Shown in pieces: positions 12,493-25,739 of a stretch of 64,000 bases of DNA. Source of the DNA: Azolla caroliniana (Eukaryota > Plantae > Polypodiophyta); assembly GCA_043228905.1 (NCBI GenBank), contig JBHGNT010000007.1, positions 19,964,001 through 20,028,000 on the forward strand, read 5' to 3'. Below the pieces are notes generated by a model, which made no database searches, was not told where the DNA came from, and saw only the letters and a program-made list of their open reading frames with translations. The position numbers were made by a program, and so were the translations under genes. Position 1 is the stretch's first letter. Each line of letters begins with the position of its first letter.

Positions 12493-15060
12493 ACATACAT
12501 ACATACATGTGTGTGTGTTGTGTATGGTTAGGGTTTTCAGCTGAAGCTACGGACTACAGAGGAAACAGAGAATCCTCTGTTCTCCACCTTCCCCTCTTTT
12601 ACATAAGAAAACCACTCTTTCTCTCTCTATCACCATCATTGTTAATGGTTATTAATATTGTTAACTTGTTAATTATTTTATTACTGGATTTGGTCACAAT
12701 GTTGTGCTTGAATTCTCTCCCGAATCCCCGAAGGAAATTCTAGCTCTTTATCGGCGGGGATCCAATCTTAGTTAAGAGTGTTGCTTGTTACTTGTTAATT
12801 CGTAGTTATTTTGTTACTTGGTTTGGTCACCAATGCTTGGCTTGAATTCTCTTCCGAATCCGTAATTACAGAAGAAAGTCCTAGTTAATCGACCGAACTC
12901 CCTGTCTACATTTTGGAGGACTTTGGGTGTTTCGTAGAATGCCATACCCCATTGTTAGCTTTTGAAGTTTTTTCCAAAGCATGTGTTAACTTGTCTCCGT
13001 TGAGCGATTGATGGGTATTCTATCAACGAATGGTTGTCAAAGTTAGGGCTACTACTTTTTGTGTGTGTTTTCTGTACCCGTCGACTACTTGTTTGATTGT
13101 TTACCAAAATACTCATGAGTCATAAGCTTTCCTAGAATACCCCCACCTCTAGTATCAAATCCTATGTACGTTTGTTTTCTCTCCCCCCTCCCCTTGAGAG
13201 AGCTTACAAGTATTATTCTGGCAAATGACCAACAAAGGTTAGGGTTGTTTTCTTCTTTTCTTTTCTTTTCTTTGTGGGTATGTGTGTAGGTGTGTGTAGA
13301 TGCCCTATCTGGCCCTTATAACAAGAGGGGGCTTCCCTTCTTACCAAAAATGTACATGCAAGGAGGGTAAAATTGTTGGTATTTCCCTAAAAATAAGAAG
13401 AGGGGACCTCGATCTATACCGAAAAAATGTATATATACTTCCTTTTGATTGGGGTTCTTTTGTTCTCTTTTTTATTATTGTAATTAGCTTACCCTAGTGA
13501 TAAGTTGTTACACTACTAGCACTATGTCTTGAGTTCTAAACCCAAATTTCTCATCTCTCTATTATTCCATATATATCTCACTAGCACTATGTCTTGAGTT
13601 CTAAACCCAAATTTCTCATCTCTCTATCATTCCATATATATCTCTTAATTTACTAGATGCCATTGTGGAACGTAGGGATTGAACAAATGACCTCTCTTTA
13701 TCTCTTGTTACAACACTTCTTCATCAAATCACATGTATTAATGGAAATAGGACGAATTCAAATCAAAGGATTTAATCATTTTGTTCAAGCGAGAAATCAC
13801 TTGAAGAGCTTGTCGAGGGTTTTTTTTCGAAGAATGAAAGATACAAGATACAAGATACAAATACAAATACAGATATAGATACAAGATACAAGATACAAAT
13901 ACAAATACAGATATAGATACAAGATACAAGATACAAATACAAATACAAATACAAATACAAATACAAATACAAATACAAATACAGATACAGATACAGATAC
14001 AGATACAGATACAGATACAGATACAGATACAGATATAGATACAGATATAGATACAGATACAGATACAGATACAGATACAGATACAGATACAGATACAGAT
14101 ACAGATACAAATACAGATACAGATACAGATACAAATACAAATACAAATACAAATACAAATACAAATACAAAATACAAATACACATACAAATACAAATACA
14201 AATACAAATACAGATACAAATACAAATACAAATACAAATACAAATACACATACAAATACAAATACAAATACAAATACAAATACAAATACAAATACAAATA
14301 CACATACAAATACACATACAAATACACATACAAATACACATACAAATACACATACAGATACAGATACAGATACAGATACAGATACAGATACAGATACAGA
14401 TACAGATACAGATACACATACAGATACAGATACAGATACAGATACAGATACAGATACAGATACAGATACAGATACAAATCCAGATACAAATACAGATACA
14501 AATACAGATACAAATACAAATACAAATACAAATACAAATACAAATACAAATACAAATACAAATACAAATACAAATACAAATACAAATACAAGATACAAGA
14601 TACAAGATCCAAGATCCAAGATACAAATACAAATACAATATACAAGATATAGAATATCGATACAAGATACAAGATACAAATACAAATACAACATACAACA
14701 TACAATATACACATACACATACAAGAAACAAATATAGATACAACATACACATACATATACAAATATAGAGATACAACATACAAAATACCGATATAGATAT
14801 AGATACAAATACAAATACAAGATACAAGATACCGATATAAATATAGATACAGATACAGATACATATGTAAATATAGAAGGGGGAGTTGGATGGATCAAGG
14901 CAACAAGACAACACGCCTTGGGCCAAAACGACCCAAAATACAAAAGCGTGTGTCAGGATGGCATGACCCAAGCGAGGAAGAGGCGTAACAAGGTGGTGCA
15001 ACCCCTCGTGTGTGGCGGGCCCAATAGAAAATAGAAGAATCTGAAAGAATATTGAAAGTT
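12493..15060 (-). repeat. Inverted duplicate of 31130-32675 (region upstream of NAD synthetase)
   Basis: Collinear reverse-complement matches, e.g. 12525-12600 with 32565-32640, 13705-13845 with 31465-31610, 14880-15055 with 31130-31350. Confidence 0.9.
13838..14865. repeat. Compound hexamer microsatellite (AATACA/GATACA/CATACA)n, ~1 kb
   Basis: Directly visible. Confidence 0.97.
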
Positions 15061-15077
15061 GACACACCGAGAGAGAG

Positions 15078-15110
<33 letters not shown>

Positions 15111-15199
15111 TATTAACGTCTTCTAAGGCCAAAATTGGCCCATGAGACAATTGATTTACAACAAAAATGGGGTATTTACCCATTCATCGAAAGAAAAAC

Positions 15200-16440
15200 T
15201 AAAATAGAGTTTAAGCTAAATGGTTCTAGTATAAAAAAAACATGCTATATAAGGAAGTGGCTTTATACTAGGCCTAGTTTCATTTCCATCCAAGTCTCTC
15301 GAAAAGAAGCAGGAGGCCAAAGGGTTTCGATGTGGATGTTGCATGTGGTCCCTGGGCCAATGTAAGAGGTACCTCAACCATAGCTTCTAGGTGGTGTAGC
15401 TCACGTTCCCTTGTCTTCTTAATCATTTCTACTTCGTGTCGAGTTGCTTTGATGCCCAACACCCGAGGGCGTTTGGTTGTTCTTTGCATTTCCGCTTCAT
15501 AAAGAGAGAGGTCGAGTGGCGTAAGTGTGTCCACATTTATTATCTCCCCTTGTTCCTGAAAAATTACATTACTTTCATGTTGGTGGATATTTGCAATGGA
15601 CATGGTGTGATCCTTACGCGGGGCGAGGAAGCAAACCCATCCCTTTCTTCCAATTGGGTCGCCACATTCTAGCTGCTCAAACCGCCCGAGAGCCGGCTGC
15701 TGCGAAGGTTTGGCACACATTTCAAGTTCCTCCCACAATTATCACCAAGTTTTGGCAGAAAATCTAGAAACAACAACACACAAGGCGAATTACCACGTTC
15801 CAATGGCTATTAATACATAAGTCCCTACCGGTGGGAGTATGACAATGTGGGAACCTTAACTCTCCTAATTGTGTAGAGTGCCCACATGCAGTAAAATCAA
15901 TACGACGCGCTCTGTGGGACTGCCCAACGTCCCATCGAATATGGCGGGGGGTTGGCCACTTGTTGCAATTATGCTAGGTGCAAGGCTCAATCAAGTGGGG
16001 AAATATATGTTGGCTATCATGGCAGACCCCAGTTGGCAGATACAAGCATCAGGAAGAGGGGATGACTTTGGTGATAAAAGCACAAGAGGTTTTTTTCTCC
16101 ACCAGCGGCAATGTCCACTCAGCTCCTCTTAATGACAAATCTCAAGTTGTGTTGGAATTGGTCAGCCCAATAACTCTTTGGATTCTATGCAAACAACGGT
16201 GTAGACGGTCTTCTCCAACCAAACCGCGCATCCAACAAGGTTACTGCAAGAGATATGGAGTGAAATTGTAGCCACTCTAAAGAGCCAATATGATGGCCTC
16301 AAGGGCGGCTCTGATGGAGTTGAAAGACAACGAATAGCCTTCATCCAACAATGGTCGTCCTCTCCCTTTCTTGAGTTAGTGGGCATCCACATAAGATGGA
16401 ACTATCGCATCCCTACATGGATTTGTACATAATCGTCTCA
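15200..16440 (+). mobile_element. Degenerate 3' fragment of an L1-like LINE (zf-RVT region)
   Basis: Broken frames read FWQKI*KQQHTRRITTFQWLLIHKSLPVG (~15750-15835) and SPITLWILCKQRC (~16165-16205), typical of the C-terminus of plant L1 ORF2. Confidence 0.6.
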
Positions 16441-16489
16441 TTTGTAAAATTTTATAACTAATGGAAGGAGTTTTTTTTGGAAAAAAAGG

Positions 16490-19400
16490 GGCTTATCATT
16501 AACACTTTGTAATTTATTCTCCCTATGTCGTTTTAGCGAGTCTAAGATATACCTACCTAGTCTCTTTATATCGGGGGTATCTAATAGCTTGGAGAGGGTG
16601 GGAGAGGGTCCTAGTATATCTTGGTATTTCACCCTTATCTCGGCATAAGTTGGACACTTACATATAAAGTGATGCTCATCCTCTATCTCTATGTGACATA
16701 ACCTACATAGCCTTTCCTCTCTAGGGACTCTATTAGCACGACCACTCTCAATCTCAAGTTGGTGAGATGATATCCTAAGTTGTCCAATGGGCACCCTTAG
16801 TGCATTTGATAAGAATGTATCTAGATATTTTGGTCGTGTAATAAAATCTAACTTAGAGAAGTGCAAGAAGTGTTCCTTATAGTACATCATTTTAGATGGG
16901 AGTGGCTCTCGTGGTGATCCATTTATATCGGGTGTAAATTTGCCATATTTCGTGGCGTATTACTTCATTGTGGTGTTCATGAGAGATTAAAGTTTGATTA
17001 GTCCCATGGTTGTACTTAAGGGGAGGTAGGTTATTAATGTCTATGCCATTTGCAAGTAACCAAGAGCTAGTGTCTCCAAATGCATATAGGGATCGGGATG
17101 CCTCAAAGGCTTGATGGGATATCCTATCTTGTGGTTGGCTATGTATCAGATGAATAAAAACTACCACTTAGAAAAGTGCTTCTACTAACATTGGGGGCAA
17201 ATTGAACTCTACTCTAATAATGTCATGTGGTACTGTCGATTTGCGTTGGAGTTGACGTGGTAACATTGTCACCAGAGGTCTCTCTAATTGCATCCACATA
17301 AAAGATGGTAGACCTATAGCCCATACTACGGATGCCTACATGAGGGAAGGGGTCACTAATGAGTCAAAGAGCCATCCCTTAGTCCGTGGCTCTTGAAAGT
17401 ATGCCTAGCGGCATTGTCTCTCTAAGAGTGAGAGGGATGTGTGCCCTCTCGTTAGCCTAGCTTTAGCTGCTTGGGTCATAGAGAATTTACCTGAACGACC
17501 ACTAAAGGTGACTCCCAAGTACATGTATGATCCAACTACCTCAACTGGTTTATGAGAGAGGATTAGGTGACATTTACTCCTAACTCGAGACGATGTATGA
17601 AAGATAAAGACTTTAGTTTTCGCTAGATTCACTACCAGTCCTTGTCATGTGCAAAAGTCATCTAGTGCATTAAGATGCTTTTATAGGTCGTGTTCAGACT
17701 CCGAGAGCAAGACGATGTCGTCTGCGTAGAGTAAGAAACTAACTTGCATACCCCTAATGACTACTCCATTGCCTCCCTTACGAGCAATAAAATCAGTTAT
17801 CTCATCAATGTAGATCCCAAAAAGAGTCGGTGATAGGGGCCAACCTTGTTTTACACCAATGGTGTTGGTGACGCAATCGGATAGCCCACCTGGACATCTT
17901 ACACACCCAGAGACTTGCTCATATAGAGCATAGATGGCCCAAATCATGTTAGTTCGTATCTCCAAGCTTTTGAGCCTATAAAACAACCGCTCCCTAGGAA
18001 CTATGTCAAAGGCTTTGTGGAAGTCCACGAAGCAACAATATAGTTTCTTCTTGCGAGCCTCCGTCTGGTCATTTAAGTATCTAAGTGTGAAGATATGGTC
18101 AATAGTGGAGAAGGCTCGTCTAAAACCAGCCTGCTCAGGTGCTCGAAGACTTAAGGTTTCCCTATAATCGTTGAGCTCTGCTTCCATTACTGCACCATAT
18201 AGTTTAGAGAGCGCATGACCTATCGTAATGGTCTTATATGTATTTGGGTCCATTGGGTCACCTCCTTTATGTATAGGGGCCACTGTGTTCATGGTCCACT
18301 GTGGTGGAAAACCCTCGGCGAGGGCACGATTAAAGATTAGTATGAGAAAAGGGGCTAGGCACTCTCGAGCATATATGATGTGTTCGGCTCGTAAACCTGT
18401 GTGGTCCATGAATTTCCTACGATGTAGTTTTTTTATTACCTTTGTGACCCTAGAGGTCGTGAAAAGTGTCCCCATGGTAGGTCGAGGTGTGGAGGGCATG
18501 GGCATGGGCATGGGGATGGGTGGTTGGTTGGTTCGGGATGTGGTAGAGTCTCTTTGCATATGTGTGCCAAGTGTTGGGATCCTCGAATCATGGGTGTTTG
18601 TAGTCGCAGTTCACATAGTCTCTTCCATGCAAGGGCGCATTCCCTACTCATGAGCATGTGGTAGAGCTCCCAATATTGAGACGCTTCGCAGGCTCGTCTT
18701 TTACGATGTGTCATCTTATGCATCTCTTTGCAAGCATGTACTGAGGAAATCGTACCACTAAGTCGCGATACTTTATGTTGTTCATACAAGTCTCTACAAT
18801 CCTTATCATACCACTTGTTTGTGGCATAGAGCCTATTCTACTGTGATTGGAGTGTTTCGTGTATGGGAAGCTATTGGTTGCTGTTGAGCGAAGGATGTGT
18901 GTGAGTTTTGTATTGAGATCCTCTAAAGGCAGGGAAGGATCAAGAGAGGAGAGATGGGCTTGAACATGTCAGGAGTAGATGTCAAAGAGCTCATGTGTGA
19001 AATCTATTGTGGTGTGATGGTTTGGTTGACTAGGGTTGGTGGTGTTGGAGGTGTCGCACTTTAGCTCAAAGTATAGGAAGTTGTGATCGGCACCAATAGG
19101 GCATGGGGCCACCCGGAAGGAGTTAATCATGTGGGTAGCTTCAGGGCGTCCTATTAGGTAATCAACTGTGCTTTCCCCTCCTCCATGTGGGAAACATGTG
19201 AGCTCTTTCGAGCCCGGCCACTTGGTTAAGCCATTATATATGATCATCTGGTTTCTACTTCTGAGTTCAAGCAGATGATGGCCAAAGCTTGTGGCATCCG
19301 CACCTCAATCTTTTGATCTACGTGTTATGCCTATGGCTAAAGGGTCGACGTTCACCATTTCTAGGTTTTTATCCATCTGAAATATTGCGCATTGTCGAAA

Positions 19401-19940
19401 CTGGGTTCTTGCATTGAAATCTCTTACAACAAAGACTTCCCCTTTAGAAGAATATTGGATTATATCATCTGACAAAGGTTCGTACGGAGAAGGCCCATGT
19501 GGCGCTCCTTCATCAACTATACTTGCGTCTCCAGCCATATTATACCGGGATCCTTTCGGGGGGGAGAAGTAACAAATGGCGATAAATATCGCTTGATCCA
19601 TGCTAGTGAGGACTTTTCACCCACAATAAACGAGCATCTGGGTCAGTTTTTAGTATTTTCTATCCTATTCTGTATCTCTCTCCCCGAGATAATATTGCAA
19701 CCCGTCCAGACCCTCTAGCAGTGTGTGTGCCGATGTGAGGTTTTGTCTAGAGACAGATTCCCGACGGAAAATCTTCAAACTCGTGGCAGTCTTCGGTTTG
19801 GGACTCTGATGTGTTTCTACTAAGAAAAGTATATGAGGTACCTTCAAAATCTCCTCTGGACGACGGCTTCGGTTTGGGATTCTGATGTGTTTCTACTAAG
19901 AAAAGTATATCAGATACCTTCAAAATCTCCTCCGGACAGA
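16490..19940 (-). mobile_element. Degenerate RTE/RTEX-type LINE (AP endonuclease, reverse transcriptase, C-terminal Cys/His motif)
   Basis: Endonuclease motifs ILFLVETH, ICYFSPP, DFNART and STVDY..ADH; RT motifs EQAGFR, CFVDFHKAFD, GVKQGWPLSPTLFG and LLYADD; tail LRISSHQLEIESGR..RLCRLC..EDEHHF..CPTY. Multiple stops and frameshifts. Confidence 0.92.
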
Positions 19941-20124
19941 CAACAGCCGAGAGAGAGTAATATGGCCAAGCTTTGGCCTGTCTCCTCCTCCTATAACAAA
20001 CAAACAGCTCACAAGACAAGACAAGAGAAGCTGCTGATGATTCATGAAGACAAGAAAAAGGAAGGAAGATTAGATATATGTAAAGGTCCATAGCCATGTC
20101 TGCCAATCTGATCTTACCTCTCTC

Positions 20125-20301
20125 ATGATGAAGGATCGATATCAACAACTCGGATTAGCGCAAGCCCTCTCAAGCAGGTTTTAACATACCTACCTACACC
20201 TCTAAAATCGCTCTCTATAATTTCTTGAATCCCCTTCTCCTCTTCTTTTCTGCTGTTCTGTTGTTATATGTGTCTCGCATCCTTTTGGATCATGTTCAAA
20301 T

Positions 20302-20344
<43 letters not shown>

Positions 20345-23300
20345 ATTCGTTTTTGTAGTGACCATTCCTTTTGCCGTGTTTTTCTCCGATTTCTTTTCAG
20401 GTCAAATTTCGCACAGGCATGCGATGAGCTCGCTCTCATCTTGGAAAAAGTGTATCAAGATGCACCCAAGTCGCTGCAAACCATAGTTTTCCAAGACGTT
20501 TTGTTTGCGATTCGGCGATTGCAAGAGTAAGTCTCCGATTGTTGTTTCTTTTATATTATCGTTCTAGCGAAAAATAGCTTGTAAGATACCCTAGGTGCTA
20601 TGTGTGTACACACAATACCCTTGATTATGAGTCAATATTTATCAAGGCGAATGATGGGTGCATGTATGGATGGGTGGTTCATGACAATGAGTGTTCGTCA
20701 GAAATGTATAGCAAGGCTGACGACAAACATCTTCTTCCAGAGATAAGTCAGTACAAATATACATGATAGAATTGATGCTGATACACAAACAATCATGGCT
20801 GTTTCAAAAGAAAGACTCGGATTTCCGGATTGACAAAAGTGAGGAATTTTTTATACGAATTTGTAGACAATGTCCCTTTCCTCTACTCTACTAGTGAACG
20901 CCAATATTATTACTTTTAAATAATGATAAATAGAAATGACGCTTGTGCCGAGTGCTAACCAAACTAATGGGTACAAACTAGCTTTCCATCTGTCCCAGAA
21001 AACATAGGGTGCATATCTGCCTACCTCTATCTCTAACTGAAGGGAAGAGGTTTGCAGCTGCCTTATTACACAGCGCAGCGCATAGGATAGATCTTTGTTC
21101 ATATAAGATCTCCTGATAATGAATCCATCCTCCAATGCGTTAAAAAGTGTGCCTTATAGTGTGCCATCTTCCTGCCAAGAGATTTTGTGGGGCTGATCCA
21201 TGTTTTTTTGTTATCAAACTTGATAATATCAGTTTGGATCACTCTATTCTTTTTTGCTTTGGTCATGTTTTAGATGGGACAATCAGGCTATAGTGGAATG
21301 GGGGTAGTGCTTTTATGTTTATGCCACATGACTTGAACCATTGTTGCATTTCAGCATACCAATAGTGATTATCACCATGTTTAGCAAGTTGTTTTGATGT
21401 CATAAATGCCAAACTTGAGTTTGGGCAGCTCCCAAAGCTGTTGGATATCAGTCAGCAACCATTGGGGCTAAAGGTCTCTCCAAATCTTTCCAGTTATCTC
21501 CTTTGTTAAGACTCAGCTTCTTGGTTTCTACATTGTAGGGAAGAGTTGGTGTGACAAGTATATCAAATAGCCACATTTTAGTTTGTAGCTTGTGAAGTTG
21601 TATACATGCACATTATCTTTCAAAAGCATAGAGAGCTGCATATCCATGAGAAAGTGGAGCATAGGCAGCCTCACGTAAGGATAATCGAGGCCTTGTGAAT
21701 GCTAGTCCTAGATATGTGTAGAATTGAGTGTATGCCACCTTTTCCTCTCCCACAAAGGATTCTGGTTCTGGCCTCATTACCCATACTTGAATGGTGCTAA
21801 ACATCATCACTTTAATTCGATCTTTTTTTACCAACAAATCTTTGGCTGGACAAAATGATTTTAAGGCAGTTAGATGTCTCTGTAGTCCCTCTAGAGAGTC
21901 AAAGACGAGCACACAGTAATATTTGTATGGCTGTGCTCATTAGCCATGCTCCTGAATGCCAAATGTTAGAGCTTAATCCTAATGTAAGCATAAGATAAGG
22001 AAATATAAGATAGTTATAAAGAGAAGAGAGAGAAAGAAGGGTGCCGATCCACCTGACCACCCCTGAGCGAAGGGATCGAGATGGACTTGAGCCTTGATCG
22101 GCGTCCCATACCACCGTTGTGGCATTGTGTCATACCTGGTATTGGCGTGCTCGCTACAAGAGTCTCTTTGCCACATTATTAGAGTCTCAACGTAGTCAAA
22201 TGATGTGTCTAACGAGGGTAGTTAGGCCTCATATTTATAGCCAGACCTAAGGCCCCCAGGCAAGTTCACACTTGGCCCTTATGGGTTGTCTCAATTCCAA
22301 GGATTAAAAGTAATCCTCCCTTCTTTACACTCTCATTTAACCCTCACACTTTATACGTGTATAGAATATTATAATATAACTTACCACGAGATAATTTATG
22401 GTCATACCCGTAACACCAAATCTCTCCATGTAATGTGCTACCTCATCTATGTAGAGGCCGAAGAGAGTGGGTGATAGTGGGCATCTTTGATTTACTCCAA
22501 ATTTTCTAGCCACAACCCCTGACAACTCATTGGGAGGTTGCATTTTTGCTGACAGATTCATACAATGCATAAATTTCCTGTTGCATATCTACAAGGACAC
22601 CAAGGGCTTCTAGCTGCTGCATGAGCTTAGTGTTCAGTACAGTGTCGAAGGCTTTTTGAAATCCACAAAGCAGCAATAAATATCTGCCCTCCTCTATAAG
22701 GGCTCGAAGGGTCAATACGTGATCCAAAGTTATGAGCTCGTTTTGAAAGCCTGTCCATTGCATTTGATGCCGACTCTAAATGATTGCAAATGTGGTGCCG
22801 AAACAATATGAGGATTCAACTATCCAAATTATTGCAACATATTGCTGAAACGGAATTCACAATATCAAAGTGAACTATGTAAATTGTTGAAACATGATGC
22901 CAAAACTATAGAATATAGTGTGCAAACAACCATATTGTTGCACAAAGGTCTGAGTCTGGTGAACTGATATTCAAACACTAATGTGGTAACATTTCTATCC
23001 TGTGATCTTCACTAGGTGCCACAACCATACAAACTGTAAAGAAGCACTGAAGAAATGTCTTTGTTGGAAGTGAGGATGATTGTCTTTCCATGTATTTGGG
23101 TTTAAATAAACATGTTGATTAATACTACAGATTAGAAACAACCCAAGAGTTGGCTGCTGTGACAAAAGTAGTTCATGCAGCTGAAGTTGTATTACCACGA
23201 CAGAGAAGAGTTCAAGTTGTTAGTGAGTTTAAGCATGCTGCAGTTATTCAGAGGCGGAGGAAAAAAGTTCTCAATACTGAAGAAGGTTTGTTCTACGTTA

Positions 23301-25739
23301 TTTCTTTTTGTGCCTTGTTTCAGCCTTTGAGAAATTGGTAACGCTGTCTGTATTTGAAGTCAACCTTATAACTCTCTTATTGTTTTCTTTTCCTTTTTAT
23401 CTCATTTTAGTTCATTTTGAGTTTGGGTTTGACATTCTCGGGCAAGTTTTTCGACATTTGGATGCTCGATCTCTAGCAAGAGCTGCTGCCGTTTGCAGGT
23501 ATCATATTGAACAATTTATTAGCTCAATGATATCCAAATTAGTTGTTGGAATTATCAGCATTAATCTTTACTTTCTGCATTCAGGTCATGGAGAATAGCA
23601 GCAAATGATGAGTTGCTTTGGGAGGAGCTTTTTAAATTTAACTTTTTGGGAATATATGCCTACAAAATTAGTCGATCTCTTGAAGGAAGAAGGACCAGTA
23701 CAATAGTGGTAAATGCAAGCAATGACGACTTGTGGAAAAAGAAGTTCAAAGATGCTATCACAAGTAATTTATCATTTTTTATCTGTGTGATGTGTTGTCT
23801 GCTGTGAATGCTTTTTCTCTGCTTTAAGCTGTTTCATATAAATCATAAAGTCAAAAGACATGAGGGGATTCCTCTTTTTTAAGCTGTTTCACATAAATCA
23901 TTAAGTCAAAAGAAATGAGGGGAACTGAAGTTACTCTGCTAAAAAAGAGGATGAATACATTATCTTTGTCTTTTATCATTTTTCCTGGTGTCAAGTTTAC
24001 TTTAATAATTCCTTTGAGTTTAGTCTTTGTTTTTGTTGTGATACCCGAACTTGAAATGGGTTTTTTAGTTTTGCTGTATTATTTTATCTTTCTGGCAGGA
24101 CATCCGTTACAATGGTTTTCATCAAATCGAGCATTTTGCAAGAGGTGTGATATGTGCATGTGGTTGCCAGGAAAGGGCCCTCCGGTATGTGCTGTTTCTG
24201 GAAGTCAAGCTCACTTATTGAAGCCAATGCTACCAACTCAAGTAATGGTTTTAGTTATCTTTCATTTTACACATTCTGCAATCTCTATCTGAAAAAGCAT
24301 AATACATGTGTGGTGCCAGGCAGTGACATTGTATACTGTCCTGGAAATGAAGATCACTCATTGAAGCCATTGTGGGTAGTCTAAGTGTAATGTCTTTTAT
24401 CTGTTGGAGGGTGGCAGCTCCAGACCTGCACTCTCTTTCATCTTTATTATCTCTGTACTACATTCTCTCTTTTACCAGATTCTTCTCTCTCTAGAATCTG
24501 CAACTCTTTAAATGCCTTTTTTTTCTCTTCTACTTTTTCCAAGATATTCCCTTTTATTCCTAGTTTATTGTACCTGTTTGGTAGTACAAGAGTCTCTTAA
24601 CTACCAAACAACCATTCCCAATTTTGTATAAATAGGCTTATACCAGCCTCTTTTGTAATAAGATTATTTTCTGCTGCTACTCTTTGCAACCATTTTTTCT
24701 ACTGCTGTCTAACAGCCTTCTCACAGCTTGGCTGTGTCTATTTTGTTCTAACTCTTCCGCTGCTGCTATTAACAGCTTTGCTCACATTATCTTCTTTTTA
24801 ATGATTTCAAGAAAGGAGAGGATCTATAGACGCCATTGTCACTACCAAGCTAATGCCCCTTCTACAAAAGTTCAGTATATACAGCCCTGGCTACAATGAC
24901 TAAGGTGTCCTATGCCAATAGTTATATGAAGTTTCTATCACATCTGGTCACTACCAAGCTAATGCCCCTTCTACAAAAGTTCAGTACATACAGCCCTGGC
25001 TACAATGACTAAGGTGTCCTATGCCAATAGTTATATGAAGTTTCTATCACATCTGTACTCTCATTGCTCTTCTTTTTGTATGGATTTTATCATGATTATG
25101 CTAATAGTGCTAATATTATCATAATGTTATTTGCAATCTGTGAGTCTTCATAGAACATAGAGCTTTTGCATGTCTGTCAATTTTCAGGCAGAAAACACTA
25201 ATATAGGCAAGAGTGTCTGATGTCATATAGGTATTTCAGTTTGAGTGGAGGCAAGGCACAGAACATGATTTATGTGGATCAGAAGTAGGATAATGATTTC
25301 TAGATTATATCCTCAATTCTATAATACGGGTCTCTGTAGATCGTAGAGCCTCATTTATGTGCATGTCTTTGCGATTGCTTTGAAACTGACAACTGGAATC
25401 TCAGGAACATGGATATCTTGTTTTGGCAACATTCTTACACATCATATAAGCATTCCAGTTTAAGGTGGAGGGAAGACATGAAACATTATTTATGTCTTGC
25501 ATGCTTAATCAATACTAAAGTTTGGAATTTGGACAAATCATGCAATATTTTGTGCATTATACCAATTGAAAGCTTAACTTGGACTTTTCCACACTGGTCT
25601 TAAGCAGGTTGTACAGCTTCTCTTGGAAGATCGCTTCACTTCAAGATCATCGTCTAGCAGTGATTCTGATGATTCTGATGATATGCATAGAACTGGAGGG
25701 GTTTCAAAGCTGTGGGCAGTGCCGAAGCTAAGTAACTGA
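20125..25739 (+). CDS. F-box protein, At5g52880-like (7 exons)
   Basis: Exons 20125-20177, 20401-20526, 23131-23285, 23411-23498, 23585-23763, 24099-24241 and 25608-25739 join in frame at GT-AG sites. Peptide MMKDRYQQLGLAQAL..ACDELALIL..PKSLQTIVFQDVL; F-box DILGQVFRHLDARSLARAAAVCRSW; SNRAFCKRC; KLWAVP. Confidence 0.85.
20900..22770 (-). mobile_element. Second, more decayed RTE/RTEX-type LINE fragment in F-box intron 2
   Basis: Peptides GFQKAFDTV, GVNQRCPLSPTLFGLYIDE, YTYLGL and QLQTSSLQLEIEVGRY parallel the element at 16.5-19.9 kb. Confidence 0.85.
21964..22415. mobile_element. Solo LTR (452 bp) nested in the intronic LINE
   Basis: Termini TGTTA...TAACA, flanked by an identical 5-bp TSD CCAAA (21959-21963 and 22416-22420). 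The LINE RT sequence resumes on both sides. Confidence 0.85.
24838..25055. repeat. 109-bp near-perfect tandem duplication in F-box intron 6
   Basis: gtcactaccaagctaatgcc...atcacatctg starts at 24838 and at 24947. Confidence 0.92.

Noticed and set aside
13738-15067. Three 350-430 aa ORFs
   Set aside because: Stop-free translations of hexamer repeats.
15280-15738. 152-aa minus-strand ORF
   Set aside because: Antisense to the L1-like fragment, with no recognisable domain.
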